A stretch of DNA of 64,000 nt from Pirellulales bacterium (GTDB taxonomy: Bacteria > Planctomycetota > Planctomycetia > Pirellulales > PALSA-1355), in the NCBI GenBank assembly GCA_050250435.1, contig JBFWOR010000005.1, positions 50,401 to 114,400 of the forward strand, given 5' to 3'. Every line of letters begins with the position of its first letter. Position 1 is the first letter of the stretch. Shown here piece by piece: positions 19,434-28,360 of this stretch. A program made the translations under genes and the position numbers. The notes beneath the pieces were generated by a model. That model saw nothing but the letters and a program-made list of their open reading frames with translations, was not told the origin of the DNA and did no database searches.

Positions 19434-20459
19434 TCAACTTGGTGCTCGCCGCGCCGGCGAGTACGCACAGCAATCTGCCGGGCAATTGTCTGGGGCGGGT
19501 CCCAGCGTGCCCAAAGCCCGGCGCGGAGCGCCCAGCATGCGTTCCTGAATCAGCTCGCGAACCATGCGCACAAAGTCGGGATGGTTTCCCACGGTGCTGG
19601 CGCGGACCATGTTGAGGCCCAGCGAGTCGGCGATCGCCCGGGCCTCGGTGTCAAGATCCCAGAGGATCTCGATGTGATCCGACAAAAAACCGATGGGCAC
19701 CACGACGACGTCGCGCACGACGCCCTCGGCCGCCAGCGACCGCAGGGCATCGCCGATATCGGGCTCAAGCCACGGCTGCTGCGGCGGGCCGCTTCGGCTC
19801 TGATAGGCGAATTGATGCCTCCGCGGCCCCAACGACTCCATCACCAGCCGGCTGGCTTCTTGAAGCTGGCTCACATAAGGGCCGGTGTCTGCCATGGCCG
19901 TGGGGATGCTGTGGGCAGTAAAGACGATGGGGGCCTGCGCGCGGCGGTCGGCGGGAATCTGCTGCAGGGCGGCACGCAGCTGTTCGACCATCGGGCCGAT
20001 GAAGCCCGGGTGGTTGAAAAAGGCGCGCAGCTTGTCGACGCGCGGCGCTGCGGGGCCGGCTGCCTGTCGGGCCCGCTCGATATCTTCCAGGTATTGCCGG
20101 CACGAGGAATACGAACCGTAGGCGGACGTGACAAAGGCCAGCGCGTGGTGGACGCCGTCGCGCGTCATTTCGCGGAGCGTATCGGCCAGCAGCGGCTGCC
20201 AGTTGCGATTGCCCCAATAGACGGGCAGGTTGACGGCGGCGGCGGCGAGCTCGGCCTGAAGCGCCGCGACCAGGGCGCGGTTCTGAGAGTTGATGGGGCT
20301 TTGGCCGCCGAAGTGCTGATAGTGTTCGGCGACTGCCAGCATGCGCTCGCGCGGCACGTTCTTGCCGCGCAGCACATTTTCCAGGAACGGCAGGACGTCA
20401 TCGGGGCCTTCCGGTCCACCGAAAGAGACGAGCAAGACCGCGTCATACGCTGGTGCCAC
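19434..20459 (-). CDS. hemH: Ferrochelatase
   Basis: LLVSFGGPEGPDDVLPFLENV, GGQSP, FTAHSIP, YQSRSGP..WLEP, GFLSDHIEILWDLD. Confidence 0.95.
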   Translation of the reverse strand: MAPAYDAVLLVSFGGPEGPDDVLPFLENVLRGKNVPRERMLAVAEHYQHFGGQSPINSQNRALVAALQAELAAAAVNLPVYWGNRNWQPLLADTLREMTRDGVHHALAFVTSAYGSYSSCRQYLEDIERARQAAGPAAPRVDKLRAFFNHPGFIGPMVEQLRAALQQIPADRRAQAPIVFTAHSIPTAMADTGPYVSQLQEASRLVMESLGPRRHQFAYQSRSGPPQQPWLEPDIGDALRSLAAEGVVRDVVVVPIGFLSDHIEILWDLDTEARAIADSLGLNMVRASTVGNHPDFVRMVRELIQERMLGAPRRALGTLGPAPDNCPADCCAYSPARRAPS

Positions 20460-20553
20460 CGAGCTACCTCGAACGAGCGCGACGGGAAAAGGCAGCCTGC
20501 ACCGGGACGCAAGCGCGCTGCGCACCGGCGACGTGCACACGCCGTATCTGAAA

Positions 20554-20628
20554 TGACCCCGACGGGATTTGAACCCGTGTTATCGGCGTGAAAGGCCGGT
20601 GTCCTAGACCAGGCTAGACGACGGGGCC
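20554..20628 (-). tRNA. tRNA-Glu (anticodon TTC), CCA not encoded
   Basis: Reverse complement GGCCCCGTCGTCTAGCCTGGTCTAGGACACCGGCC-TTTCA-CGCCGATAACACGGGTTCAAATCCCGTCGGGGTCA. Acceptor stem, D-loop GG and T-loop GTTCAAATC are present. Confidence 0.96.
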
Positions 20629-20671
20629 GGGTTGCGGCCCAAGCGCCGCCGCACCAGCGCGACCGAACCGG

Positions 20672-20701
20672 TGTATACTGGCGCGGCCACCGCCTCGTCA
20701 A
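20672..20701 (-). promoter_or_regulatory. Putative promoter of tRNA-Glu
   Basis: Minus strand TTGACG-N18-TATACA followed by a GC-rich discriminator-like stretch. Confidence 0.5.
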
Positions 20702-20872
20702 GTGGATGGGGGCCATGCGCCAGCGCGCTACCAAGCGCCGGGCATCACGGCTGAGTCACTGAACCAGCGCGCGTCGCAGATAAACGAACGCTAGAGAACC
20801 GTTCATTCGCCCAACGGCAGAAGCAGAACGGCAAGAGGCAGGGCAATGCGTGGGCGGCCTGGTGGAGTGCAA

Positions 20873-21091
20873 CTAGGCTTCACCGGGCGCACCGTTCGCA
20901 TCGGCGTCGGCCTGTTCCGCGATCGGCTCGGTGCGGTGAATGGCGTCGTAGACCTCGCGCCGATGAACCGGCACTTCCTTGGGCGCCTCGACTCCCAGCC
21001 GCACCTTATCGCCACGGATTTCAACGACGACGATCGTAATGTCATTGTTGATGACAATACTCTCGTTCTTTTTGCGCGATAGCACCAACAT
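20873..21091 (-). CDS. csrA: Carbon storage regulator CsrA
   Basis: [14 protein letters not shown]...[19 protein letters not shown]. Confidence 0.97.
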   Translation of the reverse strand: MLVLSRKKNESIVINNDITIVVVEIRGDKVRLGVEAPKEVPVHRREVYDAIHRTEPIAEQADADANGAPGEA

Positions 21092-21095
21092 GGTC

Positions 21096-21268
21096 ATTCC
21101 TTCGATCTTGTCGCGGGGCTTCCTTTAGATTCCTATTCCCCTCAGTCGTTGCGGCACATCGTGCGTGTGGGTTACGGTGCCCTACGATCCCCTGATGAAG
21201 GGGCAGTCTTTCAAGCGCGCATACTGACTTACTAACATTCACTCTACGGACTGGGTTCGCATAGTCAA
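21096..21268 (-). promoter_or_regulatory. csrA promoter and GGA-rich leader
   Basis: Minus strand TTGACT-N16-TAGAGT (21268-21241). The leader carries five GGA motifs, including the SD. Confidence 0.55.
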
Positions 21269-21880
21269 GGTTTCGAGAACGCAGCACCACAAATTCTTGG
21301 CGTGCGGTACCTTGGCGCCCCTAGATGCTGCGCTGAAAACTTGGGGTAAATACAAAACATACGAAGACATTGCGGCTTCGCGGCAACTGGCGCGCGACTC
21401 GCTTAAGCTCCGCCGGACAGGCATTTTAGAGTGCATCGCGCGAGGATCTGCCAATTTGTCGTCGAGTGGGTCTGCAACCATCGACCGGGCCATCCAACTA
21501 CATTGCGGGAGTTGAGATCCGAGGGCAGCAAATGCATCGCCGGCCCCAGAGCTTCATCAGACTTTGGAATAGTGCGAAAGCCGCGCGGCACGATCTGTCG
21601 GCCTCGCGCCTGGTCCATTCCACCAACGGCGTCGCTGGCAACGATTGCGTGGCAGCACACACGTTGAATCGCCGGAGCAGCACCGATGCTCTAACCCAGC
21701 GAATTGCGCGCCGAAATCGTGGAGCGCAATTGGCGACTGCGACATTCCAGCGCGGCGGCGTGAGAATTCCTCGGAGAATAGCATTGGTGGAGCGCGCGGG
21801 CGTGGAGCGATGATGTTCGGCGTTGCTGCGGAATTGCAGCGATTGAATTGCGCGCGAATGATCGCGCGGCGCGTCTTCGC

Positions 21881-21908
21881 TTGCGGCTCAAGGGGCGCGG
21901 CATATAAT
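21881..21908 (+). promoter_or_regulatory. Putative promoter of nuoI
   Basis: TTGCGG-N16-TATAAT. Confidence 0.5.
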
Positions 21909-22023
21909 AATGGTGCCGTGCGCTGTTTCGCGCGGCTGCGGGCGCTCGACGGTGCGATACAGTCGGTTACTGCCGGTTATGTGACTGCGGCCAGGTAACT
22001 GCCGATTGTGCAAGGACAGTCAA

Positions 22024-22551
22024 ATGCTGCGTTGGCTGCAGGATATCTGGGAAGCCGTATACACCGTGGCCTACGGCATGTACGTGACGATGCGCTATTG
22101 GCTTATCACGTATCGGCCGGAGCGGCTGACCTTCACCGAGCACTTCGAATACCCTGAGCTGCCGGTGCCGGTGGCCTCGCGCTATCGCGGGTTTCACCGC
22201 TACGATCTGACGACCTGCATCGCCTGCGATCAATGCGCCAAGGCTTGCCCGGTCGATTGCATTTACATTGGCAAGGAGCGGGTGACGACCGGCAAAGGCT
22301 TTAAGATCACCGGTTTCACGATCGACTACTCCAAGTGCATGTTCTGCGCGTTGTGCGTGGAGCCGTGCCCGGTGGATTGCATCTTCATGGGCTCGACGCA
22401 CGACATGAGTTGCTACAGCCGGGATGGCTGCCTGATTGATTTTGCGCGCTTGCCGGTGGACGTGGCCTGGGGAAAGGCCACGTTGAACCCCACGGCGGTT
22501 GCGGCATCGAAGACGATTGTCGAGCCGGTTCATGGCGGACCTAACCAGTAA
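22024..22551 (+). CDS. nuoI: NADH-quinone oxidoreductase subunit I
   Basis: YPE...RYRGFH and two 4Fe-4S motifs, CIACDQCAKACP and CMFCALCVEPCP. Confidence 0.93.
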   Translation: MLRWLQDIWEAVYTVAYGMYVTMRYWLITYRPERLTFTEHFEYPELPVPVASRYRGFHRYDLTTCIACDQCAKACPVDCIYIGKERVTTGKGFKITGFTIDYSKCMFCALCVEPCPVDCIFMGSTHDMSCYSRDGCLIDFARLPVDVAWGKATLNPTAVAASKTIVEPVHGGPNQ

Positions 22552-22572
22552 ACCTCGCAACGAGACCACGCC

Positions 22573-23046
22573 ATGGCATCCGAGCCCTATCAACCACGCA
22601 AGCTATTCACCGTCGAGCAGGCGAACGCGGCGTTGCCGCTGGTGCGCTCGATCGCCACGGACCTGGCCCGTGCCTCGCGGGAAGTGATCGAGCGCCGCGA
22701 ACGGCTGGCGTTGCTCACCGCGGGCCGCAATGCGGCGGCCGGCGACCTGTACAGCGAAGAGCTGGCCCAAATCGAAGAAGACCTGGAGAAGGACAGCGCA
22801 CAGCTGCAGGAATATGTCGACGAGCTGCGCTCGCTGGGCGTGGAGCCCAAGAGCGGCCCGGAGGGCCTGGTCGATTTTCCCTCGCTGATGGACGGGCGGG
22901 TGGTCTTTTTGTGCTGGAAGCTGGGCGAGCCGGAAGTCACGTACTGGCACGAGCTGGACTCCGGATTCCGCGGCCGGCAATCGCTGGTGGCCGGCAGTGG
23001 CGTCAGCCCTGGCGAAGTTGAGCCGCCAGTGGACGAGGCGCAATAG
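22573..23046 (+). CDS. DUF2203 family protein
   Basis: FTVEQANAALPLV, GLVDFP, LCWKLGEPEV.YWH..SGFRGRQ. Confidence 0.88.
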   Translation: MASEPYQPRKLFTVEQANAALPLVRSIATDLARASREVIERRERLALLTAGRNAAAGDLYSEELAQIEEDLEKDSAQLQEYVDELRSLGVEPKSGPEGLVDFPSLMDGRVVFLCWKLGEPEVTYWHELDSGFRGRQSLVAGSGVSPGEVEPPVDEAQ

Positions 23047-23185
23047 CCTGCCGGGCGATCTAGCGGCGGACTCCACGTATCACATTCGACGGGCTGCTGC
23101 GCGCTCGCATAGCGGCATGTGACGGGTGATTTGCAAGGGGTTCTGCGCTGCGCTCGACGGCGCGTCCGCGCGCGCGGTCCCCGGC

Positions 23186-23215
23186 TTGCCAGCGAGCGCG
23201 GGTGCCACTTAGAAT
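23186..23215 (+). promoter_or_regulatory. Putative promoter of nuoA operon
   Basis: TTGCCA-N18-TAGAAT. Confidence 0.5.
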
Positions 23216-23280
23216 GCACGCTTCGCAGTAACGGGCATTTGGCAGCCATTCGCAAGCTCGGCCTTCAACCTACTTTGACC

Positions 23281-23928
23281 ATGGCGACTCCGACGACCAT
23301 CGTGGCCTACATGGCACTGTTTGTGCTGATCGGCTTCGCGTTCTTGTTCGGGACGCTGGTCGTGGGTTGGTTCCTGCGGCCTAAGTTGCCGAACCACGAG
23401 AAACTGGAAGTGTACGAATGTGGCGAGCCCACGATCGGCTCGAGCTTCGTGCAATTCGATCTGCGGTTCTACGTCGTGGCGCTGTTGTTCATCATCTTCG
23501 ACGTGGAAGTGGCGTTCTTCTTTCCCTGGGCCACGGTGTTCGGCAAAGCGACCCACTTGATGGATCCGCACATGCCGAAGGTGACCGCCGACGGCAGCGC
23601 GCTCAGCGAGCCGGCGGCCGCGCTGCTCACGGAGATGGGCGTGCCAGGTGCTGGTGTGCCGCCGCTGCCGGCGCATTTGGTGGAACCCGCGGGCACGGAT
23701 CTCTCGGCGCAAGCGCAGGGCGACCTGGCAGTGAGTGAGCTGGCGCGCACGATCGCGCAGATTTCAATCGTCGACATTGCGGTGTTTTTTGCCGTGCTGC
23801 TGGTGGGATTTGCCTACGTTTGGAAGCGCGGCGATTTGGATTGGGTGCGGGCGATGACGCGCGAGCGCGCAGCGCTGGCCTCGCGCCCGGATCGAAGTGA
23901 ACACGAAGAACCCGTGCTGGCCCCGTAA
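23281..23928 (+). CDS. nuoA: NADH-quinone oxidoreductase subunit A (extended loop)
   Basis: YECGE, RFYVVALLFIIFDVEVAFFFPWA, GFAYVWKRGDLDW. About 70-aa insertion before TM3. Confidence 0.95.
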   Translation: MATPTTIVAYMALFVLIGFAFLFGTLVVGWFLRPKLPNHEKLEVYECGEPTIGSSFVQFDLRFYVVALLFIIFDVEVAFFFPWATVFGKATHLMDPHMPKVTADGSALSEPAAALLTEMGVPGAGVPPLPAHLVEPAGTDLSAQAQGDLAVSELARTIAQISIVDIAVFFAVLLVGFAYVWKRGDLDWVRAMTRERAALASRPDRSEHEEPVLAP

Positions 23929-23936
23929 GCGGTGTG

Positions 23937-23975
23937 TTCGCGGCGGAGCCGAGCGACCTCTTCGCGGCGGAGCCG
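23937..23975. repeat. 15-bp direct repeat between nuoA and nuoC
   Basis: TTCGCGGCGGAGCCG at 23937-23951 and 23961-23975. Confidence 0.8.
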
Positions 23976-24017
23976 GTTGACCACGCAGCTTTCACGCCGG
24001 CCAGCGATCAAGAGACC

Positions 24018-24548
24018 ATGAGCGGCACAGCCTTTCTCGAGCGACTGAAGAGCAAGTTCGGCGACAAGATCACCGGCTCCAACCTCACGGCGCTCGATCC
24101 CTGGATCGAAGTGGCGCCCGGCGGACTGGTCGAGTTGTGCAAATATTTGCGCGACGAGCCGGACCTGCGGTTCAACATGCTGAATTGCATCAGCGGCGTC
24201 GACTACTTCGAGCCCGACGCGAAGAAGGCGGCCAAGGTGGATTGGCAGCCGCACACGGAGGTGGTCTATCACCTCTCCAGCCTGACGAACAAGACCTCGC
24301 TGGTGCTCAAGGTGATACTCCCGCGCTGGAAGAACGACCAGCCTGGCGAGCTGCCGGAAGTGCCCTCGGTGAGCGGCGTGTGGAGCACGGCCAACTGGCA
24401 CGAGCGCGAAGTTTTTGACCTGTCGGGCGTGTGGTTTTCGGGCCATCCCGACCTGCGGCGCATTTTGTGTCCGGAAGATTGGGTCGGGCACGCCCTGCGC
24501 AAGGACTATGTGATGCCGCTTGAGTACCACGGAATCAGAGGGAGGTGA
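24018..24548 (+). CDS. nuoC: NADH-quinone oxidoreductase subunit C
   Basis: SGVDY, VVYHL, ANWHEREVFDLSG.FSGHPDLRRIL, GHALRKDY. Confidence 0.95.
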   Translation: MSGTAFLERLKSKFGDKITGSNLTALDPWIEVAPGGLVELCKYLRDEPDLRFNMLNCISGVDYFEPDAKKAAKVDWQPHTEVVYHLSSLTNKTSLVLKVILPRWKNDQPGELPEVPSVSGVWSTANWHEREVFDLSGVWFSGHPDLRRILCPEDWVGHALRKDYVMPLEYHGIRGR

Positions 24549-24554
24549 GACGCT

Positions 24555-24703
24555 GGGGCAGGGACTAGGGAATGGGGACTAGGGACTACTAGAGCCGAAT
24601 GACCTTATCCCCTGTTCCTGATCTTGGTCACCGCCGCAGCGCTCCCCCTAATCACGATGGCCGCATTTTTCACTAATCCCTGAACCCCGACCCCTAGCCC
24701 CTT
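24555..24703. repeat. Inverted heptamer-repeat arms between nuoC and nuoD
   Basis: G-rich left arm GGGGCAGGGACTAGGGAATGGGGACTAGGGACTA and C-rich right arm TAATCCCTGAACCCCGACCCCTAGCCCC, both with about 7-nt periodicity. Confidence 0.65.
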
Positions 24704-24708
24704 CTCCG

Positions 24709-25917
24709 ATGGCTACGCAAGTAGACGATCCGCGGATCATCGAGTTCGACGTTCGCACGGACGAGATGCTCGTGAACATGGGACCGCAGCATCCCAGCAC
24801 GCACGGCGTGCTGCGGCTGGTATTGCGCACCGACGGCGAAGTCGTGTCAGAAACGACGCCGCACATTGGATACTTGCATCGCTGCGCGGAAAAGATCGGC
24901 GAGAACCTGACGCCCCGGCAGTGGATTCCGTATACGGATCGCATGGACTACCTGGCCGGGATGAACATGAACCTGGGTTGGGCGCTGGTGGTTGAGAAAC
25001 TGATGAATCTCGAGCTGCCCGAGAAGGCCCGGCATCTGCGGGTACTGATCGTGGAGCTCAATCGGATTGCCAGCCATCTGGTGGGCATGGGGGCGTACGG
25101 GCTCGACTTGGGCACGTTCAGCCCGTTTCTGTATGCCTTCCGCGAGCGCGAGAAGATTCTCGACCTGTTCGAAGAGGTGTGCGGCGCACGGCTGACGTAC
25201 AGCTATTTGACCGTTGGCGGCGCCACCGCCGACCTGCCGCCGGGCTGGCTGCAAAAGTGCTCCGCCTTTCTCGACCAGCTGCTGCCGGTGATCGCCGAGT
25301 ACCACACGCTGTTGACGAGCAACGCCATTTTCGTGCGTCGCACGGCCGGCATCGGCCTGCTCACGCCGCAGATGGCGACCGACTATGGCTGCACCGGGCC
25401 GGTGCTGCGTGGCAGCGGCGTGAACTACGATTTGCGCCGCGACGGCGAACAGCGCTACACGGAGATGTACGACGGCTATGCGTTCGAGGTGATCGTGGAG
25501 CAGGACGGCCACTATCCCAAGGATCACGAGTATCCGGCAGTGCCGAAACAAACGGTGCTGGGCGATTGTTGGCACCGCTTTTATGTGCGCATGCTGGAAG
25601 TGATGCAGTCGATCGATCTGGTGCGGCAGGCAATCGAGCGTTACAGCATGGCGACCGGATCGTATGGCGAACCGGTGAAGCTCACGGAAAAGCTGCCCAA
25701 GGGCGAGGCCTACATGGAAACCGAGGCCCCGCGCGGGCAGATGGGCTTCTACATCGTTTCCACCGGCAGCGGCGCGATTCCCTGGCGTGCGCGGGCACGC
25801 AGCAGCTCATTCTGCAATCTTTCGGTCACCAATGAGTTGTGCCGTGGCTGCCTGATCGCGGATGTGCCGGCCATTGTGGGCTCGCTCGATATCGTGATGG
25901 GCGAGATCGACCGCTAA
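24709..25917 (+). CDS. nuoD: NADH-quinone oxidoreductase subunit D
   Basis: NMGPQHPSTHGVLR, GYLHR, DRMDY, ELNRIASH, EAPRG, C-terminal DIVMGEIDR. Confidence 0.97.
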   Translation: MATQVDDPRIIEFDVRTDEMLVNMGPQHPSTHGVLRLVLRTDGEVVSETTPHIGYLHRCAEKIGENLTPRQWIPYTDRMDYLAGMNMNLGWALVVEKLMNLELPEKARHLRVLIVELNRIASHLVGMGAYGLDLGTFSPFLYAFREREKILDLFEEVCGARLTYSYLTVGGATADLPPGWLQKCSAFLDQLLPVIAEYHTLLTSNAIFVRRTAGIGLLTPQMATDYGCTGPVLRGSGVNYDLRRDGEQRYTEMYDGYAFEVIVEQDGHYPKDHEYPAVPKQTVLGDCWHRFYVRMLEVMQSIDLVRQAIERYSMATGSYGEPVKLTEKLPKGEAYMETEAPRGQMGFYIVSTGSGAIPWRARARSSSFCNLSVTNELCRGCLIADVPAIVGSLDIVMGEIDR

Positions 25918-26118
25918 ATTCCCGCGCGGCGGCGACCGCGCAAACTTTTGCGACTTCTGGGGCTTGTCGATCGAGGGTAGTTTGTGCGATATTTCACGAT
26001 CTTGATCCGGCAATCCAAGCGGTCACATCAACAACCGCGGGCTCTCTTGGCGGCCGTCGCTTCGTCTTATGGCGTCGTGACTTGTCGCTTGGGGCGCTTG
26101 CTGTAGGACCTGCGGGCG

Positions 26119-27375
26119 GTGGCTGAATTCCTGCGACAGTACCTTGCACCCCACTGGCTGGCCTACGTGGTCGCCGCGCTGGTGCACGCCTTTTTGCTGG
26201 TCAATCTGCTGGCGCTTAGCGCGCTGGTGTTCATCTGGCTGGAGCGCAAAGTCTCAGGCCGCATTCAAGATCGCCTGGGGCCCACCCGCATCGGCGGCAA
26301 GTTCGGCTGGCTGCAAACGCTGGCCGACGCGATCAAGCTGGTGACCAAAGAGGACCTGCGTCCGGCCGGCGCGGACCGAATGCTGTTTTTGCTGGCGCCG
26401 TACGTGAGCTTTTGCGCGTCGTTCGGCGGTTATCTGGCGCTGCCCTTTGCCGACAATTGGGTGGCCGTGCGGATGAACGTGGCGGTGTTTTTCATCATCG
26501 CCGTCATCGGGCTGGAAGTTTTCGGAGTGATCCTGGCCGGCTACGCCTCGGGCTCGAAGTGGTCCTTGTTCGGCGCGATGCGCGAGGCCGCGCAAGTGGT
26601 CAGCTACGAAGTCCCCCTGGGCATGTGCGTGGTCGTGCCGGTGCTGATCGCCGGCACGATGGATCTGGTGACCATCGGGCAGATGCAATCCGGCTGGTTC
26701 ACGCAGTGGTTTGTGTTTCACGATCCGTTTACGTTCATCGTCTTTTGGGTGTACTTCACCTGCGCCACAGCCAGCGTGAACCGCGCGCCGTTCGACCTGG
26801 CCGAGGCCGAGAGCGAGCTGGTGGCCGGGTTTCACACGGAGTACTCGGGCTTTCGCTGGAGCGTGTTCTTTCTGGCGGAGTATGGCTCGATGTTCGCCGT
26901 CAGCGGATTGGCCGCCATTCTGTTTTTCGGCGGCTGGAACGGGCCATTGCCCGTGACCCAGTGGCTGGGCCTGGCCGACGCAACGAATCCGATTTTGCAC
27001 TACCTGGGCAACTTCCTGGGCCTGTTGAACTTCATGGCCAAATGCGTGTTCGGCGTGACCTTCATGATGTGGGTCCGCTGGACGCTGCCACGCTTGCGCA
27101 TCGACCAGGTGATGACAACCTGCTTGAAGTACTGCACGCCGATTGCCGCCGTGATGTTCCTGGGCGCGCTACTGTGGACGTATTTCATTCCTGGGGGGCT
27201 GATCCTGCCAACCAACTACGGGCTGGTGCGCGAGGCGCAGATGACGCTCGACTCGTATCCCCCGGCCGACCAGCCGGCGGCGGCAGCGGATGCTGCAGCT
27301 GCAGGCGCGCACGCCGTCATGGTTCGCGCTGGGCAGAGCACAGTGGCGGCCATCACCAACGGCGAGGGGAACTGA
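26119..27375 (+). CDS. nuoH: NADH-quinone oxidoreductase subunit H
   Basis: WLERKVSGRIQDRLGP, ADAIKLVTKE, AQVVSYE, NRAPFDLAEAESELVAGFHTEYSG, RWTLPRLRIDQ. Confidence 0.97.
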   Translation: MAEFLRQYLAPHWLAYVVAALVHAFLLVNLLALSALVFIWLERKVSGRIQDRLGPTRIGGKFGWLQTLADAIKLVTKEDLRPAGADRMLFLLAPYVSFCASFGGYLALPFADNWVAVRMNVAVFFIIAVIGLEVFGVILAGYASGSKWSLFGAMREAAQVVSYEVPLGMCVVVPVLIAGTMDLVTIGQMQSGWFTQWFVFHDPFTFIVFWVYFTCATASVNRAPFDLAEAESELVAGFHTEYSGFRWSVFFLAEYGSMFAVSGLAAILFFGGWNGPLPVTQWLGLADATNPILHYLGNFLGLLNFMAKCVFGVTFMMWVRWTLPRLRIDQVMTTCLKYCTPIAAVMFLGALLWTYFIPGGLILPTNYGLVREAQMTLDSYPPADQPAAAADAAAAGAHAVMVRAGQSTVAAITNGEGN

Positions 27376-27377
27376 CC

Positions 27378-27968
27378 ATGGACGCCATCCATTGGGAAAG
27401 TGTGTTCTTCTGGCTGTTCGGCGCCGTGGCGTGCATTTTCGCCGTGGCCGTGGCGCTGTCGAACAACATCGTGCGAATGGCGTTCTATTTGATTCTCTCA
27501 CTGGGCGCGACGTCCGGGCTGTTCTTTCTGGCGGGGGCCGACTTTGTCGGCGCCATGCAGTTGATGATCTACGTGGGCGGCACGCTGGTGCTGTTGATTT
27601 TCGGCGTGATGCTCACGGCCAAGGGCCCTTTCATCAGCATGAAGACCGCGGCCGGCGAGTGGATTTTGGGCGCGATTGTGGGCGGATCGCTCTTGGCGGT
27701 GCTGGTGGCGGCTGCCACGAGCGTGGAGACCTGGCAGCGTCCGCACGATCCGCCTGCCAAGGCCGACGTGACCGCCACGCGACTGGGAATGGCGATGTTA
27801 GGCGCGCGCGTGGACAAGTTGCAGCAGCCCGATGCGACGCAGCGCGGCGGGATGTCGGGCTATCTGTTGCCGTTCGAAATCGTGTCCGTGCACTTGCTGG
27901 TAGTGTTGATCGGCTCGGCCTACCTGGCCCGGCCCAAAAAGCGCGCCTCGCGCGGCGAGCCGTTTTAG
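27378..27968 (+). CDS. nuoJ: NADH-quinone oxidoreductase subunit J
   Basis: ADFVGAMQLMIYVGGTLVLLIFGVML, YLLPFEIVS. Confidence 0.95.
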   Translation: MDAIHWESVFFWLFGAVACIFAVAVALSNNIVRMAFYLILSLGATSGLFFLAGADFVGAMQLMIYVGGTLVLLIFGVMLTAKGPFISMKTAAGEWILGAIVGGSLLAVLVAAATSVETWQRPHDPPAKADVTATRLGMAMLGARVDKLQQPDATQRGGMSGYLLPFEIVSVHLLVVLIGSAYLARPKKRASRGEPF

Positions 27969-28018
27969 CGGCCACATTTGTCGAAGCGAATCCGAAGAAC
28001 GCGTTACCGAGTAGACCG

Positions 28019-28360
28019 ATGAATCCCTTCACCGAATCGATCAGCGTGTCGCACTACCTGGTGATCGGCGCCGTCATGTTCGTATCCGGCGCCGTGTGCA
28101 TGGCCACCAAGCGCAACGCGCTGGGCGTGCTGATGGGAATCGAACTGGTGTTGAACGGTGCGAATGTGAACTTCGTGGCCTTTGGCAGCGAATACCTGCG
28201 GCCGGGCGTGCAAAGCATCGGCCTGGATGGGCAACTGGTGGCCTTGTTCGTCATCGTACTGGCCGCCGCCGAAGCGGCCGTGGCATTGGCCATTACCTTG
28301 AACTTCTACAACAATCACTCCACGGTCGACGTCGACCAGGCGGATGAGCTGAAAGGCTGA
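28019..28360 (+). CDS. nuoK: NADH-quinone oxidoreductase subunit K
   Basis: KRNALGVLMGIELVLNGAN, GQLVALFVIVLAAAEAAVALAI. Confidence 0.95.
   Translation: MNPFTESISVSHYLVIGAVMFVSGAVCMATKRNALGVLMGIELVLNGANVNFVAFGSEYLRPGVQSIGLDGQLVALFVIVLAAAEAAVALAITLNFYNNHSTVDVDQADELKG

Noticed and set aside
20460-20700. tRNA-Glu as integration site of an island
   Set aside because: No integrase, no duplicated tRNA 3' end seen, and core genes on both sides.
21239-21998. Short ORFs in the csrA-nuoI gap
   Set aside because: No convincing SD, codon bias or motifs, and they overlap in several frames.
24709-25917. Group 4 [NiFe]-hydrogenase interpretation of the nuo cluster
   Set aside because: The large subunit lacks the RxCxxC and DPCxxC nickel ligands. 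It has DRMDY and DIVMGEIDR as in NuoD, and there are no maturation genes.
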